NCBI GenBank assembly: GCA_965228855.1
Contig: CBDDIJ010000003.1
Span: forward strand, 2,432,001 to 2,496,000
Direction of reading: 5' to 3'
Origin: Candidatus Obscuribacterales bacterium
GTDB lineage: Bacteria > Cyanobacteriota > Vampirovibrionia > Obscuribacterales > Obscuribacteraceae
Length of the DNA stretch: 64,000 bases
Shown here: in pieces, positions 40,892-49,633 of the stretch
How the letters are laid out: each line of letters starts with the position of its first letter
How positions within the stretch are numbered: position 1 is the first letter of the stretch
Program-made: the position numbers and the translations under genes
Notes under the pieces: generated by a model
What the model was told of the DNA's origin: nothing
Database searches by the model: none
Seen by the model: the letters and a program-made list of their open reading frames with translations, nothing else

Positions 40892-41431
40892 ATGTCCGCT
40901 GCCTCGGTTCTTACCGAGATAAAGAAGGGAGGCAACGAAAAGCGGAACGAATTCGTTTGGGTAAACCAGGAACGAGTTTACGCGATTGCGCTGATAGCCA
41001 CTGGTAGTCCTCAAGACGCACAAGAGATAACAATCGCGACTTTTAGAAACGCATTCGCCACCTTGAAAACGGCGTTGCCAAAGAAAGAGAGTGACATGAC
41101 CATTTGGGATTGGTTGTCACAGTTTGTCGTTGAAGCTTGCGAAGAATACCATGCGCGTCATTCTGACCCCCCGCAAGAACGCGACATTGATCCGTCCGCC
41201 GATGGGTCGGCGAACATGGATTGGGAAACCACTGTACTTTTAGGTGTCCAGAGAATAAGAAGATGTCTCGGCTCACTGCCTGAAGACCAGCAAAGGGTTT
41301 TCTATTTAAGGCATCACTTAGACCTCAACTACGATCAGATTTCGAGAGTCTTGAATCAGTCCAAGGAAATGACGATGGCTTCGCTTTTCCGGGCTAGAGT
41401 TCAAATCGTAAAGTGCCTGGGTCGAGGATAA
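40892..41431 (+). CDS. ECF-type sigma-70 factor (divergent)
   Basis: Region 2-like VYAIALIATGSPQDAQEI..WL; region 4 LPEDQQRVFYLRHHLDLNYDQISRVLN...LFRAR; start 40859 or 40892. Confidence 0.85.
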   Translation: MSAASVLTEIKKGGNEKRNEFVWVNQERVYAIALIATGSPQDAQEITIATFRNAFATLKTALPKKESDMTIWDWLSQFVVEACEEYHARHSDPPQERDIDPSADGSANMDWETTVLLGVQRIRRCLGSLPEDQQRVFYLRHHLDLNYDQISRVLNQSKEMTMASLFRARVQIVKCLGRG

Positions 41432-41473
41432 GTTGAATGCCCCCCATGATGATTTTGCAGGTAAGAATTTGAG

Positions 41474-44400
41474 ATGAGCTGTCACGAGTATAGATATCTA
41501 ATCCAACACAGGTTCGACGAGGACCTTGACGCCGACGAAGTTGAGTCGGTAGATGATCACATCGATCAGTGTGAGTCATGCCAGAAGTTTGAGCATCAAC
41601 TAGATCAGATGATCCAGGGCGCTGAGGAAATGCCCCTACCGGAGGAGCTGACTCCGCCCAATCCGGAAGCTCTTGCCAAAATGGTCCAGGACAAATTGCC
41701 GCAACAGAAGTCTTCGGTGTTCTCGATGTTCACCGAAATGTTCAGCGGCGGAAACAAGCAAGCCTCGCGGGGCAACAAAGCTTCCAAAGACAAAACCGAG
41801 TTTCCGAAACGTGGAAAGTCGGTCGCCAACAAGCGCGAATCTAGATCGGCAGAGGATAACGAAAGCGAAGAAGCAATGTCCGGCAGGCTGAAGTCACTCG
41901 CTCGCGAGCCTGACGAAAGTCGCGATTTGCAGTCCACCACCAGAGGTCTTGGTGAGAAATTCGGATTCGCAAACGCTCCCACAAGCGAGGCGAACGCCGC
42001 ACCGCTGACACTGGCAGAATCTATTCGCAGGAAAATCTCCGAATCGCAGAAATTGTCTGTCGAAGACGAAGGAGACATGACATCGGACGACCGCCTCACG
42101 GCTCCGACTCCGCCCCCAGGAATTGCGCAAACAAACGCGCCTCCGCCTGGTATCGCACAGACCGGAGGTGATCAGTGGAATGCTCCGATGAAGATATCGG
42201 GTCAGGCTCAGCCGGACGCCGGCTGGACTCCCGGTGGAGCACAACCTAATTCATGGACACCGAATCAAAATCAATCGCCGCCTTCAAGTCATCCGGGCAG
42301 CGCTATTGGACTTGCTGCGCCCGGTTCGGAGAGTGGATGGAACGAAGATAAGCGCCCTCCTCGCGGGACCAATGCCGGCGACGAGAACGCAGGCTGGGGA
42401 CCTCCCCCGGCAGGTGGTGCATGGGAAGATCCATCGGGCGGCGGTGGCGCTCAGCCACCAGCCGGACAGGAAGGCTGGGGCGCAGGAGCTTCATCGAGCT
42501 GGGCAACCTCGCCATCGCCAACGCAGCCAGGAGCCGATCAATTTGGAAGCGGCGGCTGGAATGTCCCATCAGCAAAAGAGAATCAAACTAGCGGTGCTGC
42601 TCCGGCCCCCGCGGCACCAGCTCCAGGCTGGGGTGGCGGCGGCGCTGGATCTGCGGACGGATGGGGAGGCGGCGGAAATGCTGCAGCTCCGGCCGGCGCT
42701 GGCGCAGTCAACTCCTGGGGAGCACCTCCATCCGGAGCTGCTCAAGGTCAGCAAGGCGGCTGGTCTGATGGCGGCGGCGGCAGTGCTGGTGGAGCATCGT
42801 GGGATGCAGGCAAATCAGACACGGCATCGGGCTCCTGGGCACCGACTAACACGCCACCTGCTGCAGCCGGCGATTCTTGGTCAGCAGGAGGCGGTAACGA
42901 CAGCTGGGGGGCACCCAACAACCAACAAGGCGGCGGAGCTGCTGACAGTTGGGGAGGAGCTCCCGGCGCCGAGCAACAATCGAATTCATGGGGTAATGGA
43001 GCCGCAGCGCAGGCTCCAGCACCAGCGCCGACTCCGGCGCCAGCACCGGCGCCAGCCAATGACGCAGGCTGGGGACAGCCAGCCGGTGGCGGCGATCAGG
43101 GCGGCTGGGGTTCAGGCAGTGGTCAATCCTGGGGCGGAGCTCCGGCGGCCCAAGCTCCAGCACCTCAAGCACCAGCACAACCAGCGGACCAGGGTGGCTG
43201 GGGAGCACCGGCGGCAGCCACACCAGCATCGAATCCCGGCGGAGGCTGGGGCGGTGCGCAGGGAGGAGGCGGAGAAGGTGGTTGGGGCTCAACCCCGTCT
43301 GCAGCTCCACCAGCGTCTGCAGCTCCGGGCGCGACAGCATCCGGCGATTGGACGGCTACTTCCGGTGGTGAGACTACCGGAGGATGGGGAGGCGCGGCAG
43401 CACCTGCGCCGGCAAAACAACCTGAGGGCGGAGCACCCGGTTGGGGCGCAAGCGCCAGCCAGGGAGGCTGGGACACGCAACCATGGGACGATAAGTCAGA
43501 AGCTAAACAACGTGGCAACTGGTCCATAGAAGCAGAACAGATGGAGACGGGGACCTGGAGCAGCTACAGTGGCGCTCAGGCAGCCACGGGCGGTAACGCA
43601 CTGGGCGCAAAGCCGCCCGCGCAGGCCGGACAAATGTCCAGCGAAATGTCTCAAGATCGCTGGGACACTCCGATTCAAGAACGCGGAGCACCAGCTGCTC
43701 CAGCGGCAGCCCAAGCAGCCGGCGAAAGTCATTGGGATGTGCCGATTCAAGAAAAGTTGAAAGGAAAGACGGATCCAGGCGCGGCACCACCGGCGGCACC
43801 AGCTGCACCGGGATGGGGAGCTCCCGCAGCAGCACCGGCAGCACCGGCAGCAGCTCAAGGAGCGGGCGAAAGCCATTGGGACCTTCCAATCCAGGAGAAG
43901 TTGAAACAACAGCAAGCCGGCGGAGCGGCACCATACGAAAACACGCCGCCCCAACCGTTCGGACAACCACCTGCCCCAGCGGATTCGTTCGGCGGTTCGA
44001 CAGGAGCACCGCCATCATTTGGAGCGCCTCCCGGTGCACCGGCCGCGCCACCAGCATTTGGTGCTGCGCCAGGGGCACCGTCAGCAACTCCGGCATTCGG
44101 AGCGGCCCCCGGCGCACCAGCTGCGCCACCAGCATTCGGTGGAGCACCTTCGGATAACGCCTTTGGCGCGCCGCCGGCATTCGGCGCTGCACCCGGCGCT
44201 CCAGCATCACCACCGGCATTCGGTCAGCCGCCAGCAGACACGACACCTCCGGCGTTCGGTGCACCACCGGCGCCATCTTTCGGTGGAGCACCAGCGCCTG
44301 CAGCACCGGCTCCAGCCGCTCCAGCTCCAGCAGCCGCATCCGGCGGCGCAGGATTGTTCTCGAAACCTCTAGACGACAGTGCCATGGATCAAATTTTCGA

Positions 44401-46081
44401 TGGTCTCGGCATTAAGGAAAGCGGCGTCCAACCAGTTCAATCTGCGCCCGCAGCGGCTCCACAACAAGCGACCCTGCAACAGGCGCCTAATGTGCCACCA
44501 CCGGCACAGGCTCCGGCACCAGGTGGATGGGGAACACCTCCAGCACCGGCAGCTCCAGCTGCAGGAGGATGGGGAGCGCCTCCGGCACCAGCAGGAGTTC
44601 CGGACACAATGTCGTTTGCACCGGAAGTTCAGGCTCAAGCTGAAGCCCCCAGACTCACAGCTATTCCTCCGAAGGCTCCAACAACCGAAACGCAAGCACC
44701 ACTTCCAGCTCCGGCACCACCGGCGATGCCAGGAATGCCGGCACCTTCGGCCGCACCACAGGTCGCCCCCGTCCAATCTAAGAAAGCGGGCGGCGGAATG
44801 TTCTCGCTGGACGACGATGCAGTCGATCAAATCTTCGCGAAAATCGGTGTCGAAGAATCTTCGATTCCGGTCAACCAGGGCGCAGCAGCTCCGGCAATGC
44901 CAGCCGCAGCAGCGCAAATGCCGGCAGCAGCGGCCGCAACGCCGGCGCCACCGGCGATGCAATCAATGCCTGCCCCTCCAGCCATGACACCGCCGGCACT
45001 GGGTCAGCCTCCGGCTCCGAGCGGCATGGCGCCACCACCAGCGATGCCGAATTCAGGTGCGCCACCAGCTTTTGGCATGGCACCACCGGCAGGCATGACA
45101 CCGCCCGGCGGAATGGCTCCTCCAGCAGGTTTTGGAGCTCCTCCAGGAGGTATGCCGGCGGCACCGATGCCACCACAAATGCCAGCAGCACCAGCGGCGG
45201 CACCACAGCAAAACAAATCCGGACTGTTCCAGGTCGATGATAAAGACATGGACAGCTTATTCGACAAAGTTCTTCTCAATCCTGGCTCCGAAGGCGCTAC
45301 AGCCGCTGTCAGCGCCCCTGCGCCGCAAGCCCCTGTGGGCGCCGCTCCGCCTCCTGGATTTGGCGCACCGCCGGCTCCGCAAGCAGGCAACGGTCAGTAC
45401 CCTCAGCAAGGAGCGATGCCGGCAATGCCTCCAGCGATGCCGGGGATGCCACCCGCCATGCCCGGCATGGGAATGCCCGGAATGGCCCCTGCCCCAGCTC
45501 CTGCTCCGGCGCCGGAACCGCCGGCAGCAGCAGTGGCTCACGTGCCACAATCAAATTTGCCACCACCAAAAATTGAAGGTATCGGTAAACTTGACGCAAG
45601 CGCTGATGTTGCGGAGACAGGCTCCGGAAGAATTGCGGCAATCGGCAAATTCTTGCTGGACCAGAAAGATCTGGAGAAGCTCAGCAAGATCACTGCCGCC
45701 GATCAGCAAGATATAAAAATGCGCATCCTCACGCTCGAAGCATCTGAGGATCTGCAAACTCTCTTGAGCGAAATCGGCGGACAAGAGAAGGTCATTGGTT
45801 CAGTTATCGTCGGACACGACGGTCTCTTGATTGCCAACACGATGCCGGAAGAAGTGGATGCTGAGTCAATCGGCGTATGGGCTCTGGGTGTCTATATGAA
45901 CACTGAGCACGTGACAAAGAAAATGGGTCACGAGCGCGTGCACCAGGTCGTCTCACGAACACCTCGGGGTTACGTGGTTATCGCGGACTTCGGTGGCGGC
46001 TTGCTCGTCACGATTACCGAAGGAACCGACACTGACACCTTGATTCCACTGATGCGCAAGATCACCGATCTGGTTTCCTAG
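41474..46081 (+). CDS. 1535-aa zinc anti-sigma (zf-HC2) / giant low-complexity region / Roadblock-LC7 (MglB-like) fusion protein
   Basis: N-terminal C...HIDQCESC (HxxxCxxC); long G/P/A-rich region with WG and FG motifs; C-terminal VIGSVIVGHDGLLIANT...TPRGYVVI Roadblock pattern; no TM segment. Confidence 0.85.
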   Translation: MSCHEYRYLIQHRFDEDLDADEVESVDDHIDQCESCQKFEHQLDQMIQGAEEMPLPEELTPPNPEALAKMVQDKLPQQKSSVFSMFTEMFSGGNKQASRGNKASKDKTEFPKRGKSVANKRESRSAEDNESEEAMSGRLKSLAREPDESRDLQSTTRGLGEKFGFANAPTSEANAAPLTLAESIRRKISESQKLSVEDEGDMTSDDRLTAPTPPPGIAQTNAPPPGIAQTGGDQWNAPMKISGQAQPDAGWTPGGAQPNSWTPNQNQSPPSSHPGSAIGLAAPGSESGWNEDKRPPRGTNAGDENAGWGPPPAGGAWEDPSGGGGAQPPAGQEGWGAGASSSWATSPSPTQPGADQFGSGGWNVPSAKENQTSGAAPAPAAPAPGWGGGGAGSADGWGGGGNAAAPAGAGAVNSWGAPPSGAAQGQQGGWSDGGGGSAGGASWDAGKSDTASGSWAPTNTPPAAAGDSWSAGGGNDSWGAPNNQQGGGAADSWGGAPGAEQQSNSWGNGAAAQAPAPAPTPAPAPAPANDAGWGQPAGGGDQGGWGSGSGQSWGGAPAAQAPAPQAPAQPADQGGWGAPAAATPASNPGGGWGGAQGGGGEGGWGSTPSAAPPASAAPGATASGDWTATSGGETTGGWGGAAAPAPAKQPEGGAPGWGASASQGGWDTQPWDDKSEAKQRGNWSIEAEQMETGTWSSYSGAQAATGGNALGAKPPAQAGQMSSEMSQDRWDTPIQERGAPAAPAAAQAAGESHWDVPIQEKLKGKTDPGAAPPAAPAAPGWGAPAAAPAAPAAAQGAGESHWDLPIQEKLKQQQAGGAAPYENTPPQPFGQPPAPADSFGGSTGAPPSFGAPPGAPAAPPAFGAAPGAPSATPAFGAAPGAPAAPPAFGGAPSDNAFGAPPAFGAAPGAPASPPAFGQPPADTTPPAFGAPPAPSFGGAPAPAAPAPAAPAPAAASGGAGLFSKPLDDSAMDQIFDGLGIKESGVQPVQSAPAAAPQQATLQQAPNVPPPAQAPAPGGWGTPPAPAAPAAGGWGAPPAPAGVPDTMSFAPEVQAQAEAPRLTAIPPKAPTTETQAPLPAPAPPAMPGMPAPSAAPQVAPVQSKKAGGGMFSLDDDAVDQIFAKIGVEESSIPVNQGAAAPAMPAAAAQMPAAAAATPAPPAMQSMPAPPAMTPPALGQPPAPSGMAPPPAMPNSGAPPAFGMAPPAGMTPPGGMAPPAGFGAPPGGMPAAPMPPQMPAAPAAAPQQNKSGLFQVDDKDMDSLFDKVLLNPGSEGATAAVSAPAPQAPVGAAPPPGFGAPPAPQAGNGQYPQQGAMPAMPPAMPGMPPAMPGMGMPGMAPAPAPAPAPEPPAAAVAHVPQSNLPPPKIEGIGKLDASADVAETGSGRIAAIGKFLLDQKDLEKLSKITAADQQDIKMRILTLEASEDLQTLLSEIGGQEKVIGSVIVGHDGLLIANTMPEEVDAESIGVWALGVYMNTEHVTKKMGHERVHQVVSRTPRGYVVIADFGGGLLVTITEGTDTDTLIPLMRKITDLVS

Positions 46082-46118
46082 CAAGCCAATAGATTCAATC
46101 GAAATTTGAACAACTTGA

Positions 46119-46146
46119 AAAGGTTCATCAGTCTGATGAACCTTTC
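46119..46146. terminator. Probable bidirectional terminator between convergent genes
   Basis: AAAGGTTCATCA / TGATGAACCTTT inverted repeat. Confidence 0.75.
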
Positions 46147-46188
46147 TTGCATTTCAATACCTGGTGATACCAAATTGAGCGCAACTTC

Positions 46189-48123
46189 TCAGGTCTGAAC
46201 AGCGTCATCATCGTCGTCGATATCCCAGTCTGCGGGAATAGTGAACCAGAAACGGCTTCCGATTTCACAATCGCAATCGACGCCTATCGAACCTTTATGC
46301 TGCTCGACTATCGCTTTGCAGATAGCCAGACCCAGCCCTGTCCCGCCTTTGTGTCCACTCTCGTCCTTCACCTGTTGAAAGCGTTCAAAAATAATGTCAC
46401 GATAGAGCGGAGGGATACCGGGTCCCTGGTCCACGACTGAAAGCTCTAAAATGTTCTCGCCGCCAGACTTTGCGCTGCTGCGTTCCTGGCTTGTAATTGT
46501 GATCTCTCCTCCCTCAGGAGTAAATTTCAAGGCATTCGAGAGGAAGTTAACCAGTACTTGCACGATCCTATCCTGATCGAAGTAATAGGTATTTTCAGGC
46601 ATCTCAGCAATTTCGATCTTAATTTTCTTCTTGTCTGCAAGGTCATTAACAGCATCGACAGCCCGTTTTACAGTCTCGCCGACATCGCAGTCATCCGGTG
46701 TCAGGCTAATCGTTCCCGACTCAATCTTTTCCAGATCCAGCAAATCATTTATAAGCGTGATCAGCCGTTCAATATTTGCAGAGGCGCGAACAGAACCGTC
46801 TCGAGCCTCATTCGAGAGGTCACCAAAGACACCCATTTCGAGGAGTTCTAAAAAGCCCTGCACCGAATTTAGTGGCGTCCTTAATTCATGACTCACCATC
46901 GCAACGAAGGCTTGACGCATTCGCAGAATTTCCAGTTTTTCCGTGATGTCCAAAAGGGTGATAAGAAATCGCTTTTCACCCTTTATATCAAAGGGAGTAA
47001 TTGAAAGATCAACATCTACTTGTGTGTTAGAACTTGTGGTCGCACGGACTTCCATAGACTTATCTTTTAATTCGTTGTAGAGGTGAGGCATACCTCCTCC
47101 CTCTTCGCCTCTCCGAAGATCCACTGTCGGCAATAGTTTCGAGAAGTGCATTCCTCTAAGATCCGAAGTGCTGTAGCCGAACATAGATGAAACTCGGGGG
47201 TTGGCAAATAAAATCGTCCCACCTCGATCGGTAGAGAGGACGCCAGTCGGCATGCTGTTTATGACCTGGCGGATTCTCGCCTCTGCGTCTTTAGCGTCGT
47301 TCAAAGCAAGCTGCTCCTTACGAGCAGCCTCGGTTAGTTCAAAAGCCATGTCATGAAATACGCGGTCAAGCTGAGCGATTTCATCGTTTCCTGCGAGTCG
47401 AGGACGAAGCGCCTCCCTGGCTTGCAGACGCCTGGTGTTATCGACAAGAACGGCAAGCCTTGTAATAATACTGCGCGTAAAAAATGAAGCGATAGCGATC
47501 GCTATCACCACATTCAATACCAACCCCCAGGTCAAAAGTTTTTTAGTCTCTTCGCGCCACTTCCGTTGCAGAGCAGGCGATTTTTCTTCTATTCGTCGTT
47601 CGGCCCGCAACAGGTCCTGGAAATCGGGTATGAGCTGGCGGTTTAGCTGTTGAAACTCGCCTTTGCTCTTCATTATGTCGGCTAATTCTAAAAGCGATCC
47701 GTTGCCATCAATAACATCTCGTGCGCGGTCCGCAACACTGAAGGCAATGTTGAACTTACTTCGAATCCTGTGGACGAGCTCCAGCTGATATGGCTCTGTT
47801 TTAAGAGACTTCTCCAGGACATCGAGACTTCGCTTCATCTCCTTGACGGACGCATCATACTTGCGCTCGTGGTATCGATCTTTAGTTGCTACGTAATCCC
47901 GAATGGCATAGACGGCAACATAGTTTAATTCGATCAATCGATTAGTGGCGCCAATGATTTTGCGAAAGTGCTCCTGACTGCGAGCCTCCACTTCCGCTGC
48001 ATGCAGCAGGTTCAACAGACTGCCGACAAAGACGAATTCAATCGCGAGCAGGGCGATAACAAGTAACAAGCCTTGATGGCTCAGCTTAAGGCTAAATGCT
48101 GGCTTTTGTTCGTTATCGGACAT
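46189..48123 (-). CDS. Sensor histidine kinase (periplasmic helical sensor, HAMP, PAS, HisKA, HATPase)
   Basis: Two TMs; NDEIAQL; PAS; VSHELRTPL; NFLSNALKF, DQGPGI, GGTGLGL. Confidence 0.95.
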   Translation of the reverse strand: MSDNEQKPAFSLKLSHQGLLLVIALLAIEFVFVGSLLNLLHAAEVEARSQEHFRKIIGATNRLIELNYVAVYAIRDYVATKDRYHERKYDASVKEMKRSLDVLEKSLKTEPYQLELVHRIRSKFNIAFSVADRARDVIDGNGSLLELADIMKSKGEFQQLNRQLIPDFQDLLRAERRIEEKSPALQRKWREETKKLLTWGLVLNVVIAIAIASFFTRSIITRLAVLVDNTRRLQAREALRPRLAGNDEIAQLDRVFHDMAFELTEAARKEQLALNDAKDAEARIRQVINSMPTGVLSTDRGGTILFANPRVSSMFGYSTSDLRGMHFSKLLPTVDLRRGEEGGGMPHLYNELKDKSMEVRATTSSNTQVDVDLSITPFDIKGEKRFLITLLDITEKLEILRMRQAFVAMVSHELRTPLNSVQGFLELLEMGVFGDLSNEARDGSVRASANIERLITLINDLLDLEKIESGTISLTPDDCDVGETVKRAVDAVNDLADKKKIKIEIAEMPENTYYFDQDRIVQVLVNFLSNALKFTPEGGEITITSQERSSAKSGGENILELSVVDQGPGIPPLYRDIIFERFQQVKDESGHKGGTGLGLAICKAIVEQHKGSIGVDCDCEIGSRFWFTIPADWDIDDDDDAVQT

Positions 48124-48229
48124 CGCTTGTGCTCTGCGATTCGAAACGACATGGACTTAAATTGTTTGAATTGTGATTCGAACGAGTGATATCAGGTCAG
48201 TGTCAATCTCGATCAAAACCAGCAATCGC

Positions 48230-48913
48230 TCACGAATTCTTGGTCTCAGTCTCTAACATATATCCCACTCCGTGCACCGTCCTAATCAAAGTGCCCTCGG
48301 GATCAATCTTCTTACGCAGACGCTTCATCGTGGTTCGAAGAGCCTGGGATGCAGAGCTTGAGGTGTTCGGCCAGATCCGATTCAGCAAAGCCTCCGCGCT
48401 GAACACCTGATTAGGATGTCGCATAAAGAATTCGAGCAACTGAAATTCACGGTTGACCAGCTGGATAACCTCGCCGCCTTTGGTGACTTGAAACTTAGAG
48501 GTGTCGAGCGTCACGCCGGCGACAGAGATAGTGTTGTTTCCAGCAATCGGCGGTGGACGACGCAGCAAGGCCCTTATCCGTGCTCCAAGCTCCTTCATGT
48601 GAAATGGCTTTGTCACGTAATCATCGGCTCCGGCGTCGAGCCCCTTCTCTTTTTCCTCCACCGAATTTTGCCCGGTAAGAATCAACACAGGTGTCCTGCT
48701 GCCGGATTCACGCAAACCCTTGAGCACATCAATGCCGCTCAGATCAGGCAGACCCAGGTCGAGCACGATAACGTCGTAATCGTAGGTTTTCACCCGCGAC
48801 AAGCCTTCACGTCCATTGAACACATTTTCGACTTCGTAGTGCTCAAAGAGCAAATAACTCCTCACGACCTGCGCGAGGTCTTCGTTGTCTTCGACTACGA
48901 GGATTTTTGTCAT
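48230..48913 (-). CDS. OmpR-family response regulator
   Basis: KILVVED, LDLGLPD, GADDYVTKPF, winged-helix IRTVHGVGY. Confidence 0.95.
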   Translation of the reverse strand: MTKILVVEDNEDLAQVVRSYLLFEHYEVENVFNGREGLSRVKTYDYDVIVLDLGLPDLSGIDVLKGLRESGSRTPVLILTGQNSVEEKEKGLDAGADDYVTKPFHMKELGARIRALLRRPPPIAGNNTISVAGVTLDTSKFQVTKGGEVIQLVNREFQLLEFFMRHPNQVFSAEALLNRIWPNTSSSASQALRTTMKRLRKKIDPEGTLIRTVHGVGYMLETETKNS

Positions 48914-48999
48914 CGGACTCTCACTACCAGTGATACCATTCGAAGGGTTCGATCGTCTGCTGAATTGCGATTCTGAATCCAGCTTCCATGCCACCAGAT

Positions 49000-49467
49000 T
49001 TAATGGCAGTAGTTTACACCATTCTTTTCGAAGTATTTCTGGTGATACTCCTCCGCCTTGTAGAAAGGCTGTGCCGGAGTGATTTGCGTCACGATCGGTT
49101 TAGAAAACGTATTTGATTTATCAAGACGTTCCTTGATCTCAGTCGCAACTTTCTTCTGCTCGTCGTTGTGATAAAAAATCGCAGAGCGATATTGGTCGCC
49201 GATGTCCGGTCCCTGACGATTCAACTGCGTCGGGTCGTGCATGTCGAAGAACTTCTCGACTAACGCGGAAAAGGAAACCACCGCTGGATCGTAGTGGACC
49301 TCCACGACTTCGGCATGACCGGTCGCTTTGCTGCAAACGTCACGGTAGGTAGGGTTTTCAGTATGTCCACCCTCATATCCGCAGAAGGCCTCTTTTACGC
49401 CGGCAATTTTTCGGAATTCGTGCTCCACACCCCAAAAGCAACCGGCGCCAAACGTTGCAACGTCCAT
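49000..49467 (-). CDS. msrA: Peptide methionine sulfoxide reductase A
   Basis: [36 protein letters not shown]. Confidence 0.96.
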   Translation of the reverse strand: MDVATFGAGCFWGVEHEFRKIAGVKEAFCGYEGGHTENPTYRDVCSKATGHAEVVEVHYDPAVVSFSALVEKFFDMHDPTQLNRQGPDIGDQYRSAIFYHNDEQKKVATEIKERLDKSNTFSKPIVTQITPAQPFYKAEEYHQKYFEKNGVNYCH

Positions 49468-49633
49468 ATTTACAGTCCTCCCACACGACTCTGTTGAGTC
49501 TAATAGATTTTACCCGACTGGCGGGACACATTCACGCACCGACTTGAGACGAAGGGCAGCGCCAATGCACTGCCCCTCGAAATCATCTGTTTAAACCGAG
49601 TCTGCATTGCAGAATCGCGTCAGCCTTACGCGC

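Noticed and set aside
42234..45716. Long alternative-frame and antisense ORFs (e.g. 42234..43529, 43503..44339)
   Set aside because: Expected shadows of a GC-rich low-complexity gene; no protein-like features
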